Source of the DNA: Octopus sinensis
Taxonomy: Eukaryota
Direction of reading: 5' to 3'
DNA: 64,000 bases
Assembly: GCF_006345805.1 (NCBI RefSeq)
Contig: NC_043022.1
Coordinates: forward strand, 9,424,001 to 9,488,000
Below are positions 50,346-61,413 of this stretch, one piece after another. The position numbers and the translations under genes were made by a program. The number at the start of each line of letters is the position of its first letter. Position 1 is the stretch's first letter. The notes beneath the pieces are model-generated. The model made no database searches. It saw only the letters and a list, made by a program, of their open reading frames with translations, and was not told the origin of the DNA.

Positions 50346-50715
50346 CCACACACACACATACCAATAAAATTCAAGGATGTTACACTACCGTGTACAATAT
50401 GCATCTTGATTCTGGGGACCTAAATTAACTGTTTATATATATATACACACACAGTGCTTCACACCTGTTGTATCAAGTAGACACTTTACTCTAAGCCACT
50501 ACATATGTTTTAATATCTTTTATCTTTAATTGTTTCAGACTGTGGCCATACTGGAGCATCACCTTCAAGTGTTTTTAGTTGACTGAATCAATCCCAATAC
50601 TTTTATCAGTCTCTTTCACTGAACCACTAAGTTACAGGGGACATAAATACACCAACAGACTGGGCGATGTGACTGTTTATGAGCAAAACACCTAAGCTCC
50701 ACACAGCTCCGGCAG

Positions 50716-50858
50716 AAGGTAATGGCGAACCTTCTGCTGACTCTTTCGCCACAACTTTCTCTCCCTCTTTCCTCCTGCATCTTGCAGCTCACCTGCAAGA
50801 TGCAGGAGGAAAGAGTGAGAGAAAGTTGTGGCGAAAGAGTCAGCAGAAGTTTTGCCAT

Positions 50859-50864
<6 letters not shown>
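50716..50864. repeat. Fold-back palindrome, 72-bp arms, 5-nt loop, 3 mismatches
   Basis: Arms at 50716-50787 and 50793-50864. Confidence 0.9.
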
Positions 50865-50930
<66 letters not shown>

Positions 50931-51273
50931 CACATACATATATGATGGGCTCCCACACAGTTTCTGTCAACCAAATTTACTCATGGAGCATTGGTCAGTG
51001 AAAGAAAGATATAAGAAAGTTGTTTGTTTGTCATCTTATTGGTTATTCAGATATTGTATTTAAAACTGCATACATTATCTAATGTATTCTTTTCCTAAGA
51101 TGCTGGGTGCATTTTGAGGGAAATTTGGCTGCTATTTCTAGCAGGTCGAGTGACGACATAGAGGCTCCAATGTTGGCTTGTGGATTATGGTATTGATTTA
51201 TCTTGTTTTCATATCTTTTTCCTATACATACTATTGATGATTATACTGCACATGCTACACCTTATTTCTCACC

Positions 51274-51317
<44 letters not shown>

Positions 51318-51435
51318 CATCTGTCACCTGTCTCTTTACACACACACACCCATGCACATGTATATATTGATGCTATATTGATGTTTTTTTTGTTGAACAA
51401 TTTTAATATTGTGTTGTGTGTGGGGAGAGTCTTAA

Positions 51436-52825
51436 CCCTTTCTATACGAACCCGGCTGAAACCAACTCTGGCTCTGTAGTACAAATGTCTTGTTTACATA
51501 AGTTTTGAATTAAAATCTTCCACCAAACCTTAGTCACAATTTATGCTCCTAACACCAGCTTAATGATAACTAAGTTATTTTACTAAATTCTTTGTTATAT
51601 TTAAAATTAATTGAAAGGAACACAGAGCATCTCAACAGAAATATGGTAACAAATGTCTTGTTTTGATAAGTTCTGTATTAAAATCTTCCACCAAACCTTA
51701 GTCACAATTAATGTTCCTAACACTAGCTTAATGATAACTAAGTTATTTTACTAAATTCTTTGTTATATTTAAAATTAATTGAAAGGAACACAGCGCATCT
51801 CAACAGAAATATGGTAACAAATGTCTTGTTTTGATAAGTTCTGTATTAAAATCTTCCACCAAACCTTAGTCACAATTAATGTTCCTAACACTACCTTAAT
51901 GATAACTAAGTTATTTTACTAAATTCTTTGTTATATTTAAAATTAATTGAAAGGAACACAGCGCATCTCAACAGAAATATGCTAACAAATGTCTTGTTTT
52001 GATAAGTTCTGTATTAAAATCTTCCACCAACCTTAGTCACAATTAATGTTCCTAACACTAGCTTAATGATAACTAAGTTATTTTACTAAATTCTTTGTTA
52101 TATTTAAAATTAATTGAAAGGAACACAGCGCATCTCAACAGAAATATGGTAACAAATGTCTTGTTTTGATAAGTTCTGTATTAAAATCTCCACCAAACCT
52201 TAGTCACAATTAATGTTCCTAACACTAGCTTAATGATAACTAAGTTATTTTACTAAATTCTTTGTTATATTTAAAATTAATTGAAAGGAACACAGCGCAT
52301 CTCAACAGAAATATGGTAACAAATGTCTTGTTTTGATAAGTTCTGTATTAAAATCTTCCACCAAACCTTAGTCACAATTAATGTTCCTAACACTAGCTTA
52401 ATGATAACTAAGTTATTTTACTAAATTCTTTGTTATATTTAAAATTAATTGAAAGGAACACAGCGCATCTCAACAGAAATATGGTAACAAATGTCTTGTT
52501 TTGATAAGTTCTGTATTAAAATCTTCCACCAAACCTTAGTCACAATTAATGTTCCTAACACTACCTTAATGATAACTAAGTTATTTTACTAAATTCTTGT
52601 TATATTTAAAATTATTGAAAGGACACAGCGCATCTCAACAGAATATGGTAACAAATGTCTTGTTTTGATAAGTTCTGTATTAAAATCTTCCACCAAACCT
52701 TAGTCACAATTAATGTTCCTAACACTAGCTTAATGATAACTAAGTTACTTTACTAAATTCCCTGTTATATTTTAAAAAATTGAAGAAACACAGAGCATCT
52801 CAAAATAAATACATTAACAAAAGGG
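51436..52825. mobile_element. piggyBac-type MITE containing an 8-unit ~167-bp tandem array
   Basis: TTAA|CCCTTT...AAAGGG|TTAA ends. Units start at 51486, 51654, 51822, 51990, 52157, 52324, 52492 and 52656. Confidence 0.85.
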
Positions 52826-53211
52826 TTAATGCCTTATTGTCTGACACACTCATTGATTTGATTTACACTCATTTATTATTTACATATTTTTTCTTCCAAA
52901 ACTTTTGTTGCTTTTGCATCCTTGTCAATGGATGTTGACTCTGTCCAAATGGTTTCAAATTCTGGCACAAGGGTCAGCAATTTTTAGGTGGATGTAAGTG
53001 GATTGCATCAACCCCAGTGCTTAACTGGTCCTTATTTTATTGACCCTGAAAGAACGAAAGGCAAAGTCAACCTCGAACTCAGAACATAAAGACAGATGAA
53101 GTGCCGCTAAGAATTTTGCCCAGCGTGGCTACAAGCCTGTCACCTTGCTGCTCTGGAGAATAACTCAATACTGTTTTATAAATTATATGTTTATTACAAT
53201 AACGAGCAATA

Positions 53212-53445
53212 GGTGTAGGAGTGGCTGTGTGGTAAGTAGCTTGCTTATGAACCACGTGGTTCTGGGTTCAGTCCCACTGCGTGGCACCTTGGGCAAGTGT
53301 CTTCTGCTATAGCCTTGGGCCAACCAAAGCCTTGTGAGTGGATTTGGTAGACAGAAACTGAAAGAATCCCGTCGTATATATGTATATATATATGTATGTG
53401 TGTATATATGTGTGTCTGTGTTTGTCCCCCCAACATCACTTGACA
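53212..53445 (+). mobile_element. SINE family A, 5' half
   Basis: Family head present. Confidence 0.75.
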
Positions 53446-53920
53446 AGATATATATATATATATATCTTGTATATATATATATATTTTATTGAGTGTGTAT
53501 ATATATGAACATAAACACACATATGTTTATATATATATGTGTATATATTTATGTGTGTGTGTGTGTTTCCCCCCACACACACACTGCCATCTGACACCCA
53601 GTATTTCCTTTGAACAAAAGAGACCAATAGACTGTATACCAGTCTTTAAAAGAAACACACAAGAACTGGGGTTGATTTGTTCAGTTAAAATCCTTCAAGG
53701 TGTGCTCCAGCATGGCCACAGCTCAATAAAGTAAAAGACAAAAGATAAAAAATGACATAAATAATAAATTTGTTTTTGATACAACTATATCTGATGAGAG
53801 AAGGCTGGATTGTCAAGGCTGGAACTCCTTTGATCATAGATCAAAACTGGATCAGAATTAACACAGAGATGAACTACAACAACAATAACAAAGTTTCCAT
53901 TTACTAACTACCTTTGTGAA

Positions 53921-54247
53921 GGTGCATGGCTTAGAGGTTTAGGGTATATGGCTCACAACTGTAAGGTCACGAGTTCAATCCCCGGCAGCGCATGTGGTGT
54001 GTTGTGTCCTTGAGCAAGACACTTTATTTTATGTTGCTCCAGTTCACTCAGCTGGTAAAATAGTAGTACCTGTAATTCAATGGGCCAACCTTGTCGAATT
54101 CTGTGTCACGCTGAATCTCTCTGAGAACTACATTGAGGGTACTCATGTCTGTGGAGCACTCAGCCACCGGCACATTAATTTCATGAGCAGATTGTTCCAT
54201 TGATCAGATCAACTGGAACATTCGACATAATAACCAGTGGAATGCCA
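53921..54247 (+). mobile_element. CORE-type SINE family C, tail 2
   Basis: Shared head and CORE, then GTACCTGTAATTCAA...GGAATGCC. Confidence 0.75.
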
Positions 54248-54802
54248 ATTAGTTAGTTTGGAACTTAAATTAATATGAAATTTTGAACGAAGCTTTGAAT
54301 TCAGATTATTTTAAAACTGAATTTTTTGCGCCCCAGAACCATGGTAGGTCTCAGGAAGGTTTGTATCAAAAGGTTTCCTGCTTAAATTGATATTTTCTCT
54401 AAGAGTGTTTGCATGCAAATTGATCGTTAACAGCTGTTTACATATACGACATGTGTCCTTCAGATCAATAACGAGAGTCATTTTATTGTTTTATTGACAT
54501 AGCAAATAATTTATTCATGAAAAGTGGAAAAAAATAAAACAAACAAACTTTGTAATCATAGTTACATAAACAACAGTGAAATATATTGACAGCTGAAGCA
54601 TGGAACAAACTACCTGCACCAGTTGTTAGTTGCTGAGACATTGCATCCTTTAAAATCTCCATGCTTCCTGAAATTCGCCAACACTACACCTGATATCCCC
54701 TTCTCTATACGCATGCACACGTGTATATCATGACTCATACACTGTTCACTTTCCTGCCTTTGGTATATAATTCTATATATTGTACATGCACCTTTGTGTG
54801 AA

Positions 54803-55133
54803 GGCGCATGGCTCAGTGATTAGAGCGTTGAGCTTATGACCATGAGGTAGTGAATTTGAATCCCGGACCAGGCTGTGTGTTGTGTTCTTGAGCAAGACAC
54901 TTTACTTCATGTTGCTTCAATTCACTCAGCTGTAGAAATGAGTTGCAACATCACAGGTGCCAAGCTGTATCGGCCTTTGCCTTTCCCTTGGATAACATCA
55001 GTGGAATGGAGAGGGGAGGCTGGTATGCATGGGTGACTGCTAGTCTTCAATAAACAACCTTGCCCGGACTTGTGCTTGGGAGGGTAACTTTCTAGGTGCG
55101 GTCCTGTAGTTAGTCATGACCGAAGGGGGTCTC
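54803..55133 (+). mobile_element. CORE-type SINE family C, tail 1
   Basis: Collinear with 42801-43132. Confidence 0.8.
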
Positions 55134-55437
55134 AACATACACCTTTGATGAGTTGTTGTGCACCTGAGCACTATACACAATAATTTAATTATTTTTTTAT
55201 TTTAAATTTTGGCACAAGGCCAGCGATTACAGGGGAGGGAATCGAACTCTTGACCTTACAATTGTGAGCCATATACCCTAACCATGCACCTTCACAATTT
55301 AAGCTGTAAACCTCTTGATACAAATCTGCTTGAGACTTACTATGGTTCTGTGACACAAAAATTCAGGTTTTAAAATAATCTGAATTAGAATCTTCATTGA
55401 AAATTTCATATTAATTAAGGTTCCAAACTAATTAACT

Positions 55438-55756
55438 GGCACTCCACTGGTTATGATGACAAGGGTTCTAATTGATCCGAGCAACGGAACAGCCTGCTTG
55501 TGAAATTAACATGCAAGTGGCTGAGAACTCCACAGACATGCATACCCTTAACATGGTTCTCAGGGAGATTCAGTGTAATACTGAATGTGACATGGTTGAC
55601 CCTTTTGTATTACAGGTACAACTCATTTTTGCCAGTTGAGTGGACTGGAGCAAAGTGAAATAAAGTGTATTGCTCAAGGACTCAATGCAATGCCAGGAAT
55701 TGAACTCATGACCTTACAATTGTGAGCCATATACCCTAACCACTAAGCCATGCGCC
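55438..55756 (-). mobile_element. CORE-type SINE family C, tail 2
   Basis: Reverse complement of 53921-54247. Confidence 0.75.
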
Positions 55757-56550
55757 TTCACAATTTAAGCAGTAAATCTTTTGATACTAATCTGCCTATG
55801 AGCATCCCTGGTTCTGTAATTAAAAATTCAGGTTTTAAAATAATCTAAATTAAAATCTTCATTCAAAATTTCATATATTAAGTTTCAAGCACTAACTTAA
55901 TAATGACAAAATTAATTTCTTAAATTTTTACTAAATTCTTCATTATCTAAAAAAATAATTGAATCAATGACTGTTTATTTCAACCAAAATATGGTATCAA
56001 AAGTGTTTAAGTAATCTAAATTAAAATAAAATTTCCAATCAAAATTTCATGTTAATTTCTGTTCTGAACAAGGTAGCAAGCTGGTAGAATTGTTTCCAAG
56101 CAGAGCAAAAGGCTTAGCGGTATTTCATCTGTCTTTATGTTCAAATTCCACCAAGGACGACTTTGCCTTTCATCGTTTCAGGGTCAATAAAACAAGTACC
56201 TGTTGAGAACTCGGGTCCATCTATTGTACCGAATCATATCCTGTTTTCAGAAACAGGCGAATACTGTACGATATCCTGTACCTTGTATTGAGTAAACAGA
56301 TCCTGTTTGGGAAGTTAATTTGCATATGGTGTGTACAAAATAGTTTTGTTCTTTTCTTTTTTATGTCGATTGATATTGGACCTATCCCTCCCCTGTAATC
56401 GCTGGACTTGTGTCAAAATTTGAAATAAAAAAAGTAATGAAATTATTGTGTATAGTGCTCAGGTGCACTACAACTCATCAAAGGTGTATGTACAGTACAT
56501 ACAATTTAGTTCTTTACTTCTCATAGTTTATTTTATATTGTTAGTATATA

Positions 56551-56698
56551 GGCGCAGTAAGTAGCTTTCTTACCAGCCACATGGTTTTGGGTTCAGTCCC
56601 ATTGCGTGGCATCTTGGGCAATTGTCTTCTACTATAGGCTCAGGCTGACCAAAGCCTTGTGAGTGGATTTAGCTGACGGAAACTGAAAGAAGCCCGTC

Positions 56699-56784
<86 letters not shown>

Positions 56785-57012
56785 ATGTATGTGTATATGT
56801 TTGTGTGCCTGTATTTGTCCCCCCAACAACGCTTGACAACCGATGCTGGTGTGTTTACACCCCCGTAACTTAGTGTTTCGGCAAGAGAGACCGATAGAAT
56901 AAGTACTGGGCTTACAAAGAATAAGTCCTGGGGTCGATTTGCTCGACTAAAGGCGGTGCTCTAGTATGGCCACAGTCAAATGAATGAAACTAGTAAAAAG
57001 AGTAAAAAAGAG
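56551..57012 (+). mobile_element. SINE family A, near full length
   Basis: Family head (short deletion) and tail present. Confidence 0.85.
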
Positions 57013-57529
57013 TCCACTTTGATGCTCCGTGACCACAGCTCTCTTTCCTTTAAGCCTGCTTTGTCCAGTTTAGCATTCTGCAACACGTAGGTCACTATGA
57101 GTTCACATTGTGTCTACTATCATGTATTGTAATTCTTGGATCGCAGATGTATAGATGTATGTCTGACAATTTCGAACTATGTTTGGGTTGTGTTTCCAGT
57201 TGCGGAGACAGAAGGTATTGTTGTAAAGTTCTAAGATTTTACACCAGTTATTTTGGTGTCCATCCACAACTTTTCTGCACTATCCCAATCACGAAATCGA
57301 AAATTGTGATAAAACGTCCCACCCAAGTGAGTACGTATCGTGCATTTTAATTAACCTCTAAACCCAGAGGAAAGTACTGAAATTGCTTTGAAAAGTTCTG
57401 TCCCTTGACGAATGATTAAAACAGTTATCCCCCTTGACATGTAATTTTCTCTGTACTGATTGAATAATTTTGTTCCTTACTTTTTTATGTCGATTGATAC
57501 AAATTAAATTCGCATTATTTTACAAGCGA

Positions 57530-57712
57530 TCGGCGAAACACCGCTCAGCATTTCGCCTGTCGCTACGTTCTGAGTTCAAATTTCGCCGAGGCCGACTTTG
57601 CCTTTCATCCTTTAGGGGTCGATAAAATAAGTACCAGTTGAAAACTGAGGTTGATGTAATCGACTCATTACCTCTCCCAAAATTGCAGCCCATTTGGCGA
57701 AATTTGAAATCA
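57530..57712 (+). mobile_element. SINE family B', diverged
   Basis: B body with B' tail ...CCCAAAATTGCAGCCC... Confidence 0.6.
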
Positions 57713-57806
57713 TTAATTTACAAGTGGTTAATTTTTACCCGAATCTGTTAAATATAATCATGTTCTTCCTCTCCTTCGATCAATTTTCCCCCTATAAACA
57801 TTATAG

Positions 57807-57872
57807 GGTGAAGGTAAAGAATACGTACACCCGGTGTTTAGGGTTAGGGTTAGGGTATTCTTTACCTCCGCC
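57807..57872. mobile_element. 66-bp mini-MITE containing (TTAGGG)3
   Basis: 18-bp TIRs GGTGAAGGTAAAGAATAC and GTATTCTTTACCTCCGCC (2 mismatches). Perfect 8-bp TSD CATTATAG at 57799-57806 and 57873-57880. Confidence 0.85.
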
Positions 57873-57890
57873 CATTATAGTGTATGTGGT

Positions 57891-58130
57891 GGCGCGTGGC
57901 TTAGTGGTTAGGGTGTCAGCATCATGATCGTAAGATTGTGGTTTCGATTCCTGGACCAGGCGACGCGTTGAGTTCTTGAGCAAAACACTTCATTTCACGT
58001 TGCTCCAGTCCACTCAGCTGGCAAAAATGAGTAACACTGCGATGGACTGGCGTCCCATCCAGCTGGGGAACACATACACCATAGAAACTGGGAAACTGGG
58101 CCCATGAGCCTGGCTAGGCTTTAAAAGGGC
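57891..58130 (+). mobile_element. CORE-type SINE family C, tail 3
   Basis: Shared head and CORE, then CTGCGATGGACTGGCGTCCCATCCAG... Confidence 0.75.
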
Positions 58131-58469
58131 ACATTTATTATTTATTATTATTGTGTATACAGGTATTTTGAGAGTTTTAAGTGGGTTAATAAATATCAAA
58201 CAGGCCCTGCTTTAGAAGTTTTCCAATTTTGAATCTGTTAAATACAATTTAGTTCTTTACTTCTCATAGTTTATTTTATATTGTAAGTATATATTTAGAC
58301 GGTCTACAGAAAACCAAAAAATCCCCAAATCCGGACTTCCCCTGGTCCTAAACTTGTCAGATATTTGATCCGTTATTGTATTATAGATTAACTTCAAACC
58401 AACTTTTATATGAGTACTGGGCAAATTAGCAGCTTTCTGAATCACCCACCTGACGAAAAATTGTCACAA

Positions 58470-59030
58470 ACTTTTGTCTAGTGGTGTGGCCCGTTTGATC
58501 ATGATCCCTGTCTCATGTAGCCCACAAAAACGTTTGCCCTTGCCTGCTTTAAGCAGTTGCTTGACCAGCTAGACTTAACTACCAAATTACACATATCTTT
58601 AAAAAGGAAGGGTACATTGGATAATGTGGTCCTAGAAATAGTTTTGCGTCCCTAAAGTCCATCCCCTCCTCACTGTGGTGGGGATGCTGGCAACAGGTAG
58701 TGTCAGAGCTATGCCATCGGGAACTTCCTGGTAGGGCCACCCAAGGCGGATTGGTCTGACATCGAGTGGTATTAGGGCCACAACCCGGCAGACGGGGCTC
58801 TGGTGAAAATCCTCGGAGTGTCTGTTTCGGCAACCGGCGGCTCCTCGGTCGTTCTGTCCCTGCGTCTGCGGACAATCTGCGACAAACAGGATGTCTCTAC
58901 ATGTGGGATTGTTGGGGACCGCTTGTGAAATTCATATTCCCACGAAACTTCATCCACTGCCATTGTTCGAGATGCCTCGAGGGTGGTGGAAGAAGCCAAC
59001 TCAACCCGCCCGGGGTGAATGTCGCCACAA
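58470..59030 (-). mobile_element. Probable RTE-type LINE 5' region
   Basis: GC-rich island with GGTGGCCCTACCAGG...CATAGCTCT...CCCCACCAC, resembling RTE 5' UTRs from memory only. Confidence 0.35.
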
Positions 59031-59583
59031 GTAAGTAAGTAGAAACAGTTTGTTTGAGAGAATATATTGGAAGAACATGGCTTGCATGTTCTAATCATAT
59101 CTACTGAAACATAGTTGTTATACATTAAACCTTTAGCATTTACATTATTCTGTAAAATGCAGTGCTTATTTATTCACATTGTTTCAAATTAATCATGCAT
59201 TATCAAGTAGCTGTGAGATTTTGATGAGGTACCTGTTAATTTAGCCAGTTTGGACATAAAACAAGTAGAATATTTTTTCCAGATATGGCTGGTTTAAATC
59301 CTGAAGATCATATATACTTTATCAAATAAAGCATTTCTAAATTTGTAGAACAAGTCAATCTAACTTATTATATCTAAAAAGGCAAAAAAAAAATCAATAT
59401 GATTCTGAATGGTTGAATGCACACAATTAAGTTAATTTGTTGATTACATACATTTAATTTTGGCACAGGTGTGTCTTATAGGTATTCGTGTGTTTGTATG
59501 GTAAGAAGTTTGCCTCCCAACCATGTGCTTCCAGGTTTAGTTTCACTGCATGATGTCTTGGGCAAGTGTCTTCTTCTATAGAG

Positions 59584-59998
59584 GGCGGCGAGCTGGCAGA
59601 AACGTTAGCACACTGGGTGAAATGCTTAGTGGTATTTCGTCTGCCGCTATGTTCTGAGTTCAAATTCCGCTGAGGTCGACTTTGCCTTTCATCCTTTCGG
59701 GGTCGATAAATTAAGTACCAGTTACGCCCTGGGATCGATATAATCGACTTAATCTATTTGTCTGTCTTTGTTTGTCCTCTCTGTGTTTAGCCCCTTGTGG
59801 GTAGTAAAGTAATAGGTATTTCGTCTGCCGTTACGTTCTGAGTTCAAATTTCACCGAGGTCAACTTTGCCTTTCATCCTTTTGGGGTCAATAAATTAAGT
59901 ACCAGTTATGCACTGGGGTCGATGTAATCGACTTAATCCCTTTGTCTGTCCTTGTTTGTCCCCTCTATGTTTAATCCTTTCTGGGCAATAAAGAAATA
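59584..59998 (+). mobile_element. SINE family B dimer inserted in a SINE A head
   Basis: Junction AAAGTAATA|GGTATTTCGTCTGCC at ~59806-59830. Approximate TSD AGTGTCTTC(TTC)TATAG. Confidence 0.85.
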
Positions 59999-60635
59999 AG
60001 TGTCTTCTATAGCTCATGGTGAAGCAAAGCTTTGTGAAGGGATTTGATAGATAGAAACAGAGAGAAGCCTATTGTGTGTGTGTGTGTGCATGTGAAAGAG
60101 AGAGAGTTTGCATGTGTGCGTAAGAGAGAGATAGTGTGTGTGAGAGAGAGAGAGAGAGACAGTGTGTGTGCTTGTGCATGTGTGTGAGAGACAGTGTGTG
60201 TGTGTATGTTTGTGTCTCTTTGTCTTGATGTCACATTATAGTTGTAAAATGATTGACACTGTTATACAAGCAGTGTCATTTATTCACTTCCAATATTCTG
60301 TGAGAACATGTCTGGTCACGGGGAAGCTATAACTTTGCTTGGAAATAGGCAAGGGTTGGCAACAGGAAAGGCATCTAGCCATAGAAAATCTGCCTCAATC
60401 AACTCCATCCAATCCATGCAGTCATATAAAAGTAGACGAGAACATTTTTAATTTTGCTAATGAGACCAATGTGCCATAAACAAACCAATTAAAATAGTAA
60501 CTAAATCCTCAAATCACATAATACTGGGGGTGTATGAATGTTGAGTAACATCTCTGGATGAGCCACCATTTATATTTCTTCAGGAACCTTTCCTAGTTCG
60601 CATTCAGTCTCAGTTTTAGAAACTAGCTCACCCCA

Positions 60636-61047
60636 GGCGGTGAGCTGGCAGAAACGTTAGCACTCCATTGTGAGTTCAAATTCTGCCGAGGTCGACTTTG
60701 CCTTTCATCCTTTCAGGGATGAAATATTAAGTACCAGTTACGCACTGGGGTCGATGTGATCGACTTAATACCTATGTCTCTCCTTGTTTGTCCCCTCTAT
60801 GTTTAGCCCCTTGTAGGTAATAAAGAAATAGGTATTTAGCCCCTTGTAGGTAATAAAGAAATAGGTATTTCGTCTGCCGTTATGTTCTGAGTTCAAATTC
60901 CGCCGAGGTCAACTTTGCCTTTCATCCTTTCGGGGTTGATAAATTAAGTACCAGTTATGCACTGGGGTCAATGTAATCGACTTAATCTCCTTGTCTGTCC
61001 TTGTTTGTCCCCTCTGTGTTTAGCCCCTTGTGAGGAATAAAGAAATA
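60636..61047 (+). mobile_element. SINE family B dimer
   Basis: Perfect 17-bp TSD AGAAACTAGCTCACCCC at 60618-60634 and 61048-61064. Confidence 0.9.
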
Positions 61048-61110
61048 AGAAACTAGCTCACCCCTATACCTCCAAGAAATTGTAAGATGCACAGGGTAAA
61101 GAGTAAAAGC

Positions 61111-61413
61111 ACCCTTCGGTTACAAATGATCATGGGATTGCACCTAGAAAGTTCCCTTCCGAGGCACAAATCCAACAGTCACTCATGCTTACCAGCCTCT
61201 TCTCTCAATGCCACTGTGTTATCCAAGGGAAAGGCAAAAGCTGATACAGCATGGCACCAGTGATGTTGCAACTCATTTCTACATCTGAGTGGACTGGAGC
61301 AACGTGAAATAAAGTGTCTTGCTCAAGAACACAACACACACAGCCTGGTCTGGCTATCAAACTCATAACCTCATGATTGTAAGCTTGATGCTCTAACCAC
61401 TGAGCCATGTGCC
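61111..61413 (-). mobile_element. CORE-type SINE family C, tail 1
   Basis: Reverse complement of 42801-43132, with deletions. Confidence 0.75.

Noticed and set aside
59009-59038. LLTCGDIHPG resembles a 2A peptide (LLTCGDVEENPGP)
   Set aside because: The essential NPGP is absent, no retrotransposon ORF follows in frame, and LLT comes from an (ACTT)n run.
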